Below are positions 51,860 through 64,000 of a stretch of DNA of 64,000 bases, one piece after another. The notes under the pieces were generated by a model that saw only the letters and a list, made by a program, of their open reading frames with translations, made no database searches and was not told where the DNA came from. Position numbers and translations under genes: made by a program. This stretch comes from Felis catus (lineage: Eukaryota), in the NCBI RefSeq assembly GCF_018350175.1, contig NC_058383.1, positions 7,070,001 to 7,134,000 on the forward strand, in the 5' to 3' direction. Within the stretch, counting starts at the first letter, position 1; each line of letters opens with the position of its first letter.

Positions 51860-52681
51860 TCAGGAGCAGGAAGAAAGAGGGACATCAGTGCTCTTCTCAC
51901 CTGCTTCTCGGAATGGCTCTTTGGTCTCCACCACTGGGAAGTTTTCAGTCGGTTCCTTGTGTCTTCTGGTGCTCTCTGAAGTTGGGGAGTAGTTAGAAGG
52001 GGGCGGTCTGTGCTTCCGGGCCCTCCACCATCGCCCCAGGCCCAGGAGCACAAGTTCCAAAAGCGTGAACAAGAGACAGAGCCCACTGACCCCAAACATG
52101 GTCTTTAGGAAGATGGTCTTCTCAAACGGGCGGGACAGGTAACAGGTTATACTACCAAGGCAAGGCTCTCGGCGACATGCAAAGGAGCTGGGCACGTTGA
52201 ACCCATACACATGGTACTGTACCCCCAAGGCTGTCCCCTCAAGGACCAGCCGCACGCCCAGCTGTGCCACATAGGCCCAGAGCAGCCTGGGGCTTCCAGG
52301 ACCGGAGGCATCTCTGCTCTTCTCCCCTCGGCGGATCAGAGTCTCCTCCTCCTTCCCCTTTCCTGACTCTTCCCAAAGCCAGATGACGTGATACAAAGTG
52401 AGACCCATGTAGAGGGCGCTGGGCACAGCCACCAAGATGACCTGGAAGACCCAGAAGCGCAGTGGGGAGAAGGGGTGGAAGGCATCGTAGCAGGCGGCCT
52501 TGCAGCCTGGCTGCTGGGTGTGACACACGAATTCACTCTGCTCGTCGCTGTAGACCCCGGCCCCGCTGGCAGCCAGCAGCACGAGGCGGAACCCCAGGAG
52601 CACAGGGAGCAGGAGGCGTCCCACGGAGGTGGAGTGCCGGCTCTCCTCAGCCACCAGCTGCCTCAGGAACCGGCCACACAT
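51860..52681 (-). CDS. GJC3: Gap junction gamma-3 (Cx29/Cx30.2-31.3), unspliced form 273 aa
   Basis: [39 protein letters not shown]1 loop [41 protein letters not shown], and E2 loop [25 protein letters not shown]. An acceptor ccctctgctccctaacag sits 1 nt before the ATG at 52681. Confidence 0.93.
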   Translation of the reverse strand: MCGRFLRQLVAEESRHSTSVGRLLLPVLLGFRLVLLAASGAGVYSDEQSEFVCHTQQPGCKAACYDAFHPFSPLRFWVFQVILVAVPSALYMGLTLYHVIWLWEESGKGKEEETLIRRGEKSRDASGPGSPRLLWAYVAQLGVRLVLEGTALGVQYHVYGFNVPSSFACRREPCLGSITCYLSRPFEKTIFLKTMFGVSGLCLLFTLLELVLLGLGRWWRARKHRPPPSNYSPTSESTRRHKEPTENFPVVETKEPFREAGEKSTDVPLSSCS

Positions 52682-53986
52682 CCTGTTAGGGAGCAGAGGG
52701 CAATAATGAGTGTGAGTGTACTGCTCCCTGATCTTGAGGAGGCGCATGGGGCCACCTCTTCACTGTGAATCCAAGGATAGATAAGGCAAGACTTCGAGCG
52801 CCTCTTCAAGGATCTAGCTGGTTTATTACCCAGACTCTGATGGCGCCTGTTTATAGGTAATGGAGTCATCGTGGAAAATAGCGAGGGGGTGTGGGTGTGG
52901 CTGTCTCTTCTGCCCCCTTCTGTACCTGGCAGTGGAAAGCCAGGATCCATCTTTCCCTCTCTTTCCCTCCCTCCCTCTGTCCCTTTCCCAAAGGCTAAAC
53001 AGCCAGAGAGTCCAGAGCCCTCTGAAAACTACTGTTTCCCCCATTGATGGCCACCAGGCCTGGCGCTACTGTCACTGGCGCCTGAACAGAATCGGTGCCA
53101 ACCCCAGAAGGGAACGTGCATTCTCTTGCTCTCTGCTTTTCTCTTGCACCAGGCCTTGGCTGCTCATAGGCGTGCGGTCTGGCCTCTGCTCCCATCGCAG
53201 TGGTAAGATTGAGATTCAATTAGCTTATGGGCCCTGGTGCGGGTCAAGTGAACAGTGAGTGTCAAGGCCCACTTCAGTCTGGTGTTCTTTAGACCTAACC
53301 AGCTTGGGAAAAGGAGAACATTTTAAAAGAAACCCAGCAGAATTTACTGATTGAATGTAATGGAGTATGGGGCCAAAGCCAGAGATGACTGGATAAAAAT
53401 TGGAAATTCCTCTCTGCTTTGTGATTGTCCCTTGGGCTCATCTCTCCCACACTGTGAGAGGTGACCATGCTCAGGGACAGGCTTCAGAAAATTTCTCACT
53501 TCTCTGGAGAGAGTAGCACCCTGCTATAAGCCTGTGTGTCATCTTTATTTATATTTTATTGAGGCAGCCTCCTCAATGCCCAGCTGCTGCTTCTCACCGC
53601 CTGTGTTTGGCCTAAACTCTGACATGCCTGCATCCCCTCATTGAAGGGTCTAGAAGACCTTGCAAACATTTTACTCCACAGAGAATATAAAGACTCTTTG
53701 CTGGGGAGCCGCACAGCCCCGTCTTGTCTACATGCTGCTCCCTTCTGTAGCATCTTAAAGAAGTGGTCTAGCATTTACCCAAGGCCACCCTCCCTCCCAG
53801 ACCCATGTCCTTGGGTCTCTCCAGCTGCTTCAAGGACTTGACCACCCTCATTTCCTCCCTGAACCTGCTTAGGTCTCTCCCTTTCAACTCTAGTAATAAT
53901 AACCTGAATTTCTAACTCTTTGACATGGCAGCAAATGAGACATGCCCAATTTTCCTCGTATCAACTTCCCTATTATAAGACCCAGA

Positions 53987-54117
53987 GGGGTGCCTGGCTG
54001 GCTCAGTCATTAAGTGTCTGACTCTTGGTTTCCACTCAGGTCATGATCTCATGTCTCATGAGTTTGGGCCCCACATCAAGCTCTGCACTGACAGCGTGGA
54101 ACCTGCTTAGGATTCTC

Positions 54118-54166
<49 letters not shown>

Positions 54167-54245
54167 ATCTCCCTCCCTCTCTCTTCTGCCCTTCCCTCAC
54201 TTGTGCTCTCTCTCTGTCTCCAAAAATAAATAAGCTTTAAAAAAA
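53987..54245 (+). mobile_element. CanSINE
   Basis: SINE head, long (CT)n and A tail. Confidence 0.9.
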
Positions 54246-54312
54246 GCTACATATAATATTCAGAAAGTTGCACAAAGCAATTTAAGTGGGGATTCGTGCC
54301 ATAAATAAACTA

Positions 54313-55419
54313 CAGTTGTTTGACCCTTGAACAACGTGGGGGTTAGGAGCGCTGACTCCTACACAGTCAAAAAACCCCATATAACTTTTGGCTCCCCCAC
54401 ATAAAAAACACTTAACTACTTAAGCTTATTGTTGAGTGGAAGCCTTACCAATAACACAGTCAGTTAACACATTCTTGTAGGTTACTAGAAATTCATAAGG
54501 AAGAGAAAATACATTCATAGTACTGCATGTATATTGAAAAAGAAACCCATGTATAGGCCAGATGGCAGGGACAGGGGCAGCTGTGGCCACTCATGAATGT
54601 GCTGGCCTCCAGGAAGCTGCTTTGAGGAGGGATCAGTACCTGGCAGGGAGGAGCCCAAGGCCCACGGCTGCCCTGGCACAGCCCTGAGACCCAGGTGTTC
54701 CACCTGACCACCCCAACAGCACACTGGACGACCTGCGGCCTGACCAGTACCCGGGCCTCTTGGGGGCTGCGGGCGTCGTCAGGCCTCCCCAGGTGCTCAG
54801 GTCAGCAGTCTCGACTGCCTGAGTAGCCTTCCGTTCAGTCCCATGGAGACAGGGTGCACAACTGTAAATAAATGCCTTGTGGCCTTTGCCTGTCAACTCC
54901 CTTAAAATCCACTGGAGAAGCACCTGGGTGGTTCAGTCAGTTAAGCGTCTGACTTTGGCTCTGGTCATGATCTCATGACTCATGGGTTCAAGCCCCATAT
55001 CAGGCTCTCTGCTGTCAGTACAGAGCCTCCTTCGGGTCCTCTGCCCCCCACCCCGCCCCTCCCCTGCTCATGCTCGCTCTCTCTCTCTCTCTCTCTCTCT
55101 CAAAAGTAAATAAACATTAAAAAAAAAATCTACTAGGGAACCTGTCTGGCTGGGTCCATGGAGTGTCCCACTCTTGATTGCAAGGTCATGAGTTCTAGCC
55201 CCACATTGGGTATAGAGATTGCTTTTTCAAAAAATCCACATATGAGGGGGCACCTGAGGGGCTCAGTTGGTTAAGCATCCAACTTTGGCTCAGGTCACTG
55301 TCTCATGGTTCATGAGATGGAGCCCCAGATCAGGCTCTGTACTGACAGCTCAGAGCCTGGAGCCTGCTTCTGATTCTGTGTCTCCCTCTCTCTCTGCCCC
55401 TCCCCTGCTTGTACTCATG

Positions 55420-55450
<31 letters not shown>

Positions 55451-55572
55451 TCAAAAATAAAAATAAATAAACAAAAAATAAATAAATAAACATTAAAAAA
55501 TAATGAAAAATAAAAATTCACATATAAGTGGACCAGCAGGGCTCAAACCTGTGTTGTTCAAGGGTCACCTGT
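54313..55572. mobile_element. Tigger2a/MER28-like DNA transposon containing a foreign insert and three SINEs (54918-55130, 55136-55225, 55247-55515)
   Basis: Terminal inverted repeats ta|cagttg..tgacccttgaacaac and gttgttcaagggtcacctg|ta, with TA target sites. Confidence 0.85.
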
Positions 55573-56377
55573 ATAGATAAGAACAGGCCATAGCACCAAA
55601 GCTGAGGTGGAATGGTCACTTCTGTGCAGTCGGAACAGATGGATTGAGATGCTTCCAAGGGACTGTTGTAAAGGGCTTAATTGACCAGAGAACCATGTCA
55701 CCACCCATCAGCTGTGAGAGACCATGTTTTGAGTCACTAACGATCAGAATTTGAACCTCTACGTGCCTGTCTGTCCCTATCTTTCTGCCTCCCTCATAGA
55801 CTGTGAAGACTCCGAAGTCTGTCAGGCCACTGAAAATTATTCTCCATAAAATTGGGTTAAAATTTTTAGAAGAAATCCATTCTCCGTCCTTAGAAAGATG
55901 TGAAATCGGTCTCATGATTAAAAGATGGCAGATTGAAGATGGAGATTTACCCCCTCTCATTCCTGAGACTCCTCCAAAATGAGAGTAAATGGATCTTTAA
56001 GTGTATAAACCCACTACACATGGAAGGGAAAGATCACCGGTAGCACAACTAAAAATCCACTTTGAAAGCAAGATAGACAAGAAATTCAGATTGCGGTGCT
56101 GGCGAGCACACTGGGTAATTCTTCCAGAATTCAGAGAAAGAAGATAAATCCTTGAAAATAATAAAAGGCGACTAGATAAGGAAAATCTATGTCCTAATTT
56201 GAAAATCAAAGACCACAATAAAGCAAAATCCCTTGTCTGTTTATTGGATGAGAAAATACTTAGTGAAGTGCCTGGGAAAAAGCAGTCTCTCCATAAATGT
56301 TTAACCAAGTTTTGTTTGGAGAGATACTGAGTTCCATAGAGGACCAGAAGGAAGGTCAGCTTCCAGTGCTGGCCCTG

Positions 56378-56592
56378 GGTTTCTCAGCCTTGGCACCATT
56401 GATATTCGGGGACTGATCGATCATTTGGTTTGGGGGCAGGGAAGGCTGTCGTGTGCGTTGTGAGATGTTTGGCGGCATTCCTGGCCTTCATCCACCAGAT
56501 GCCAGTAGCACGCTTCTCCCCTCCACCCCCAGAAGCCCCCAGACACTGCTGAATGTCCCCTGGGGTCAGATTCACCCCTGGTTGAGAACCAC
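56378..56592. mobile_element. MER20 DNA transposon
   Basis: tttctcagccttggcaccattgatattcgg...ccaccagatgccagtagca...ctggttgagaaccac. Confidence 0.8.
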
Positions 56593-57739
56593 CACCTGAG
56601 GGTCACACCTGTCCATCACCTCTCCACCCATGGCTTCAGTCACCAGCTCTGTAAAGCAAAACATTCGTGCTGGAGCATCTCAAAGGGTTTTAATTTGGTG
56701 GGACGTGATGTTCGGCCCATTTCCAAGCTGCCTTGCGCATCCTCCCCTCAACAAGCTCCATCTGTGAGGAAGCCTGCAGGCCCTATGGGGTCCTTGCACT
56801 TAGGGGAGGCACCCCCAGGTTCCGTGGGGGGGGGGGGGGGGTTCCGCCCTGATTGTCCTGGAGCATTGAGAGACTAGAGACTGATTTGGTAAATTCACAA
56901 GTCTGGTTCTCAGCCTCATCTTGTTTCAGAGTGGAGGCCCAGCACACTCTAAACACATTTCCAGCACATTCCCAGCAGACCTGGAATTTAACCCAGAGCA
57001 GGCTTGGCATATTCCAATGTTGGGAATTTAAGGAATTCTGAGAGGCCCTATAACTGGTTCTTCTCTCTCTCCTGCCCACCCCAGACCTGTAGCCAGATAC
57101 CCAGTGTCCTCTCAGAGGCTCTAGGAACTGAACTGGGGTCTCCAGAGCTCACCACAGAGCTTTGGAGATTTGGGAGAGAGCGTGGAAAAAGCAGGATGAA
57201 AGGACTTGCCCAAGAACCCCTTGGTTTGGAGCTCCCATATTAAATTCTGAGCACCCTTCTGTGTCCTCTGCCCTGTGGCTGTTACAACCAAAACAACACT
57301 AATTCTGGGACTTCCTGAAAGATTCACACAAAATCATACTCCATCTCCTAAAGTCTGCAGACCAAAGGCAATTTCTTATACAAGTGGGGCCTCAACACAG
57401 GCAGATCTTTCCTCCTCCCTCCTCCCCTGCTTTCATGTGGTCTCCCCCATCTCTTCTAGCTGTCCCCAGCCCTCCAGGCTTACTCTCTGAGACCAGCATC
57501 CCACAAACACCTGCAGCTTTGCACCAGGGCACCAGAGCCCCCAGGCTAGAGTCAGACCAGGGGAGCTGAGAGCTCAGCATTGTTTTCAAAGCTCAAACTC
57601 CAGGGAAACCACTCTGCTCCCGGGAGTGGAGAAATCATTTGCAAATAAATCTTTTGGGAAGGAGTTGGTGGAATCTGAGCCCTGTCAAGATGTTCACTGG
57701 TGAAGCAATACCTGTGAGCTCAAGGTTTGGGGGAGGGAT

Positions 57740-57942
57740 GGGGTGCCTGGGTGGCTCAGTTGGTTAAGCATCTAACTTCAGCTCAGGTCATGATCTCTTG
57801 GTTCACAAGTTCAAGCCCAGCATTGGGCTCTGTGCTGACTGTCCAGAGCCTTGAGCCTGCTTTGGATTCTGTGTCTCCTTCTCTCTCTGCCCCTCCCCTG
57901 CTTGCATCCTCTCTCTCAAAAATAAATAAGTATTTTAAAAAA
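57740..57942 (+). mobile_element. CanSINE
   Basis: SINE head and tail. Confidence 0.92.
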
Positions 57943-58854
57943 GATTTGGGGGAGGGAGGAAAGCCCAGCATGTGAGGGGATTTTTCAAATATGTAAATAG
58001 ATTTTTGTTTAATTTCATCATGATTTTGGTAAGAATCTTTCTAAGCATCTCTATTCTATGGGAGAAAAATTTCAAGATTCCATGGGTGGCAGAACTCATC
58101 TCAGCCAGTGAAGGCACAAGGGAGGGATGTCCACCGAGGGCAGTTCTGGACCCGGCTTTCTGCTCCTGTCTCAGCCCACCTGGCCTGGAAAACGTTCTAG
58201 ATTCTTTTACCTAAAGTGTGATCCCTGGATGCACTGGCAGCACCAGGAAGGCAGAACCTCAGGCTGTATCCCAGGGTTAGCAACTCAAATCTGAATTGTA
58301 ATAATACCCCCAGCTCACTGGTGTGTGCAGCCCTGAAGCCCACTGTCTCTCACCCTCCCAAGCCTGCACCCTGCCCCAGCCCAGCCACTCTCCTTCCCGG
58401 CACTCACCTGGCAGCGCCTAACAGAAGCACCAACAACACGGGGGAAGAGTCAGGGAAGAGTCCTCAGGCTGCAGCCAGCAGGGTCCCAGCTCTCTCTCCC
58501 CCAGGCCCTGCCTCCTGCCACCACCCACGTCTTCTCCCCTCCCCTCTTCATTCCTGGCAGCCTTAGCGAAGGGTGAGAGAATGGCAGCTGGAGGAGCCTG
58601 TAGCCCTGCTATTAAAGAATGGGGTCTGGAGAATAACCCTCTGTTGTTGAGGGCGAGGGGCGCCTCTTCTAAGTGAACTGAAACAGAGGTTTTGAAATCA
58701 ACTGAAAGGAGAGCAATGGCCTCTGCATGTTTCCAAGTGGGGGGTGGAGGCAGCACTCACAGGCAACAACAGACGGAATTTCTGTAAGTTTACATCTCTG
58801 TTAAGCCCCCCACTCTCCTGGCCAAAGTACCCAAAGCACAAGTTTACCCACAAG

Positions 58855-58855
<1 letters not shown>

Positions 58856-58893
<38 letters not shown>
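58856..58893. repeat. (TG)n microsatellite
   Basis: Visible directly. Similar tracts at 4875-4918, 16650-16693 and (CA)n at 42288-42328. Confidence 0.95.
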
Positions 58894-58895
<2 letters not shown>

Positions 58896-59698
58896 ACGCG
58901 CTTTGCTGGGAGAAATAGCACAGGCTTCCCCTCATCTGTTCCCTATCCCTCAGCATCCCTGGGAGCCCAGCGCCTCTCCACCAGGCCCGGTGAGAACTGT
59001 GACACCTGCCTATACCCATTCCTGTCCCCATGGCTCAAGCCAGGATCCCCTCCAGAGGAAGGAAGGGGTGAGGCTGAGCGAGCGGGTGGTGGGTGAGAGC
59101 GCAACTCACCACTGCAGAGTTTTGACCAGAGTCAACCCTGCACTCTCAAGGAGGAGAGCCGGAGGGACCCTGGGTTCCAGATGCTGCCCCTGTGGGTCTT
59201 AGCGCATCATTCCACTGTCTTCTAGCACGTTGCATTGTCAGGGAGACATTTAAGTCCAGCTTGATAGTCTTCGAAGCTTAAGTTATTTGACCTTCTTGAC
59301 AGTTGCCAACTGGATTTTTTTTTTTATGATCCTTGGAGCCTGTTCACTCCTACAGGGGATTCCATCAAGCAAGGCATGAGATAAGCTGGCACTGCCTCTC
59401 TCCTTGGCATGTTCGCATCTGATCCACAGGCCAGTTCCAATGCAGCCATATGTCCATCCATTCATCTGCTGGCTCGCCCATCACTTGCCTTTTTGATTTT
59501 TCAGGCAGGAGTCAATAGACCTGTTTGAGTCCCTCTCTCTAGGCTTGAGATTAAGAAGGCGGCACCCTCACCTCTTGCCCTTGAGAACTAATAGCATATC
59601 TCTTTCCAAAGAAATCCTCTCTCCCTCTAATTTCCAACAACTCTGCCAATTGTATACAATTCTGATGTGGGCATAGAGTTTAAGAATGATATGCCCGT

Positions 59699-60107
59699 GG
59701 GGCACCTGGGTGGCTCAGTCGGTTGGACGTCCGGCTTCAGCTCAGGTCATGATCTCACAGTTTGTGAGCTCGAGCCCTGCGTCGGGCTCTGTGCTAACAG
59801 CTCAAAGCCTGGAACCTACTTCGGATTCTGTGTCTCCCTCTCTCTCTGCCCTTCTCTCTCTCTCTCTCAAAAGTAAATAAACATTTTAAAAATTTTTTAA
59901 TTTTTTTTTAACGTGTATTTATTTTTGAGACAGAGAGAGCATGAATGCGAGAGGGTCAGAGAGAGAGAGGGAGACACAGAATCTGAAACAGGCGTCAGGC
60001 TCTGCACTGTCAGCACAGAGCCCGATGCGGGGCTCGAACTCACGGATGTGAGATCATGACCTGGGCCGAAGTCAGATGCTTAACTGACTGAGCCACCCAG
60101 GCTCCCC
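59699..60107. mobile_element. Tail-to-tail inverted CanSINE pair (59699-59890 +, 59893-60107 -)
   Basis: Outer TSD aagaatgatatgcccgt at ~59682-59698 and ~60122-60138. Confidence 0.92.
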
Positions 60108-60964
60108 TTAAAAAATTTTTAAAGAATGATATGCCCGTTATTTATTGATTTGGCACTTTTTTTTCCTTTGAAGTATTTCATCTCAGATTAGCAAATCACT
60201 TTAGAATGTCCTATGTGTTGTATTTTCTAAAACATGATATCTTGAAATCCTAGTCAGATTTTCCGATTTAATATCCTGTTACACTAGCGCTTATTCAGTA
60301 CTTAATAAGTGACAAATATTCTAAGTGCTAGAGGACTACTAACTTGCTTATCCCCCATAGCAACCTCATGATGTAAGTCTATTATCATCCTCTGTTACAG
60401 AGGAGAGAGATGAAGAATAAGGCGGTTAAGTAATTTATTCAGGGGTGAACAGCTAGTGAGTGGAGAAGTTGGGATTTGAACAAGCATCGTGGCAGCAGGT
60501 GGCAGACCCTTAAATGCCACAACATGGCTAGCTTCCCCGTTATTCAGATTATCAGCCTTTAAAGAACTTTTGATTGTAAACCCATTGTAATTTCATACCC
60601 GCAAGAAAATAAAAATCCTCTGCTTACATGTTACACTTCTTAATGACTAACTTCATTATCCACCCTGGATCCCAACCAAAACCTTGGGTGTCCTCATGGA
60701 CAACACTTCCTTCATTGACCACGTCTTCCCTGCTGACCAGTGGCACAGATTCTGCCCCCTTGAACTAAGATGGTGTTTTAGTTCAAGAGTAAATGACCAC
60801 CCTCATGTCCCTGCTCCTAGATGTGTCCCACTTCTAATCCATTCTATGCATTGCAAACAGAATGTTTAACTCAATTCTTATTTAGATTTAACAAAAAACA
60901 TGTTTCACTGTTTCTTGGCTCAGTGATGCTTTTTGAATCCCGTACCTTCCTTCTGCATTAAATT

Positions 60965-61217
60965 TTCTTCTTTTTTTTTAACATCTTAATCATTTTAAGT
61001 GTGCAGTTTAGTAGTGTTAAGTGTACTCATGTTGTTGTGCAGCACACCTCCAGAATTCTTTCATCTTGCAAAACTGAAACCTCATACCCATTTATCCCTC
61101 CCTTCAGCCCCTGGCGACACCATTCTACCTTCTGTTACCACGAATTGGACTACCTCATTGGATTCACTGGAATCATACAGCATTTGTCTTTTTTTTTCTT
61201 TAATTATTTATCCTGAG

Positions 61218-61262
<45 letters not shown>

Positions 61263-61612
61263 CCCAAGCAGGTACCACACTGACAGTGCAAAGCCCAGTG
61301 TGGGGCACAAACCCGTGAACTGCGAGATCATGACCTGAGCCAAAATCAAGAGTCAGATGCTTAACCAACTGAGCCACCCAGAGGCCCCACAGCATTTGTC
61401 TTTTTGTGATTGGCTTAGCTTAATGTCTTCAGCATTCATCCATGTTATAGTTATCTATCAGAAATGTATTCCTCTTTAAGGGCAAATAATATTCCTTGTG
61501 TGTATATATGTATATACCAAATTTTGTTCATTCATTCATCCACTGATGGACATTTGGATTGCTTCCACCACTTGGCAATCATGAATGGTGCTGTTGTGAA
61601 CACAGTGTGCCA
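60965..61612 (-). mobile_element. L1 3' end with a nested SINE (61190-61388 -)
   Basis: atcattttaagtgtgcagttt...ctccagaattctttcatcttgcaaaactgaaactc...cattcatccactgatggacatttgg. Confidence 0.85.
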
Positions 61613-61849
61613 AATTTTCTTCTTCTTAAAACACAACCTTCAGTAGTTTTTCTACTGGGGAACTGTTGGGGGTAAACTCTTTTGATCCTCTTTGGTCTCA
61701 AAGTGCTTTCATTTTATCCTCAATCTTGAATTGTTATTTAGTTGGCTAGAGAATTCTTGGTTGATGATTATTTTCTTTCAGAACTTTAAAGGTATTATTT
61801 AATTGCCTTCTACTATCTAGTGGGTTTATAAGTCTTTTATGTAAAATGC

Positions 61850-62722
61850 CTATAGTAGATCACATAATGCCACCTGAGGTATCCACGTCGTCATCCTCAG
61901 AAGCTTGAATGTTGCCTTATATCAGAAATGGGACTTTGCAGGGGCACCTGGGTGGCTTAGTCGGTTAAGCGTCTGACTTCAGCCCAGGTCATGATCTTGT
62001 GCTTCGTGGGTTCGAGCCCTGCGTCGGGCTCTGTACTGACAGCTTGGAGCCTGGAGCCTGCTTCAGATTCTGTGTCTCTCTCTCACTCTCTGCCCCTCCC
62101 CTGCTTGCACTCTGTCTCTCTGTCTCCCCAAAATAAATAAATATTTTTTAAAAATTTAGAAATGGGACTTTGCAGATGTGACCAAGTTGAGGATCTTGAG
62201 ATGGGGACACACATGGTCTTAGTGGGCCTGATGACATCACAGGGTTCCTTATAAGGAGAGAGGAGGTCAAAGGGTACAATAAGAGACGTGATGACTGAGG
62301 CAAGACTCTGGAGCCGTATGTGGAAGAGGCCACGAGCCAAAGAACATAAATGGCTGGGAAAGGCAAGGAAATTGATTGTCCCTGAAGTTTTCGCAAGGAA
62401 TACAGCCAAAACCTTGATTTTAGACTTCTGTGTTGTTGGGTTTTTTTAATTTTTTTTGATGTTTATTTATTTTTGACAGAGAGAGACAGAGCATGAGCTG
62501 GGGAGGGGCAGAGCAAGAGGGAGACACAGAATCCGAAGCAGGCTCCAGGCTCTGAGCGGTCAACACAGAGCTCCACATGGGGCTCCAACTCATGAACCAC
62601 AAGATCGTGACCTGAGCTAGAGTCAAACGCTCAACCACCTGAGCCACCCAGGCACTCCTATATGTGTTGTTTTAAGCCACTAAGTCTATGGCAACTTGTT
62701 ACAGCAGCAATTGGAAAAAAGT
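61850..62722 (+). mobile_element. MLT1 (MaLR) LTR interrupted by two SINEs (61941-62155 +, 62441-62658 -)
   Basis: gggactttgcagatgtgaccaagttgaggatcttgagatgg...ttttaagccactaagt...ttgttacagcagcaat. The first SINE has TSD agaaatgggactttgcag. Confidence 0.85.
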
Positions 62723-63334
62723 ACAATGCCTGTTCTTGACTTTTGCCCAAATTTTTATTGGGTTGTTTTCCTTAGGGATTTGTAGGAGGCTTTTGTATTT
62801 TGAATGTGTTATTTTTTGGTCAGTTATATATTTTGCAAATATCTTCTCCCAGTTAGTGATTTCCTTTTTCACTCTTGTCACGGAGGCTTTTGATAACAGA
62901 TTTCTTCACACAGTCAAATCTTCCCATTCTTTTTATCAATAGTGTGTACTTTTTGTCTGAAGATATTCTTCCCTATCCAGATACGATACTTTTGATTTGT
63001 AGAATTTTTGTCATCCAGCTTAAAGTATTTTTTAATTTTCCATCATTATTTCTTCTCAACTGCATGAATGGAATGTTTTGAAGTATGTTTTTAAATTTTT
63101 AAATGTATGGGAATTCTCTGTTAATCTTCTTGATGTTAATTGCATCGTGGTCTGAAAGAACATAATTTCTGTAGTACCAGCCCTTTAATTTTCTTGAGAC
63201 TTACTCTGTGACTTAACATGTGCTCAGTTTTCTTTAATACTCTATATATATGCTTAAAAATATTGTTTTCCTCTGATTACTGAGTACAGTGTCCCTATAA
63301 GATCACTAGATTAGTGTTGTATTTTGTTCTGTGT

Positions 63335-64000
63335 CTATACTACCCAATATGATAACCATAAGCCACATGGGGCTGTTGAGCATCTGAAATATAGCTGGGA
63401 CAACTGAAGGAATGGAATTTTTAAGTTTTGCTTATTTAAGTGATCTCTGCACCCAAAGTGGGGCTTGAACTCATGACCCCAAGATCAAGAGTCAGATGCT
63501 CTACCAACTTAGGGCCCCTGAAGAAATGGATTTTCATTTTATTTTTTAAATTACCTTTTTAAAATGTTTATTTATTTTGAGAGAGAGAGAAAGCAGGGGA
63601 GGGGCAGAGAGAGAACGAGAGAGAATCCCAAGCAGGCTCCATGCCATCAGCTCAGAGCCTGATGGAGGGCTTGAACCCATGAACCACGAGATCATGACCA
63701 GAGCCGAAATCAAGAATCAGATGCTTAACTGACTGAGTCACCCAAGCACCCCTGGAAATGTATTTTTAAATTCATCTAAGTATAATTAATTTATTTAAAT
63801 TTAAAAACTGAAACCCCATAAAATACTTTTCTGTTAAATACCGCTTTGTTGTTTTAGTAGGACAACATTGCCTTTAACCATGCATTGCATAAGATATTAT
63901 TGTTACATTGTTGTGCAAATATCAGGAATGTGCATTGTTTCTGGTAATTCACATAAACATATCACTGATAGGCCAATAGATTAATTCAGTTCAATGATTC
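63335..64000. mobile_element. Charlie1/MER3-family hAT fragment with two nested SINEs (63420-63518 -, 63556-63752 -)
   Basis: cccaatatgataaccataagccacatggggctgttgagcatctgaaatatagct...tttaaatttaaaaactg. Confidence 0.65.

Noticed and set aside
32354..51901. GJC3-TRIM4 read-through fusion (the GJC3 donor and TRIM4 exon 6 acceptor are both phase 1)
   Set aside because: It would need to bypass a poly(A) signal and skip four exons, and the nearest acceptor (exon 2) is out of frame. There is no evidence beyond phase coincidence.
52682..52747. 22-aa N-terminal extension of GJC3 from an upstream ATG
   Set aside because: It runs through a polypyrimidine tract and AG acceptor, so it is probably intronic. 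Connexin N-termini are short and the conserved start is MCGRFL.
1..64000. CRISPR arrays, operons or prokaryotic defence systems
   Set aside because: The sequence is mammalian and shows no regularly spaced repeat-spacer structure.

Overview
Mammalian genomic DNA, almost certainly from a felid (dense carnivore tRNA-derived CanSINEs, including near-pristine SINEC_Fc-type copies). Gene order matches the OR2AE1-TRIM4-GJC3 block of human 7q22. Contents from left to right: a disrupted vomeronasal type-2 receptor (V2R) terminal exon (+); an intact single-exon olfactory receptor OR2AE1 (-); a rearranged ERV-L remnant; a processed RPL31 pseudogene (-); a complete 6-coding-exon TRIM4 (-, 475 aa by my splicing) with a CpG-island promoter; and connexin GJC3 (-). 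The rest is L1, L2, MIR, SINE, LTR and DNA-transposon debris plus microsatellites. I found no convincing new multi-gene system. The most unusual signals are an APOA4-like fragment inside an ERV-L LTR, an unidentified polyadenylated GC-rich insert nested in a Tigger element, an inverted ERV-L architecture, and an alternative C-terminus switch in GJC3. Repeat family names and comparisons to human proteins come from recall, not from a search, and repeat boundaries are approximate.
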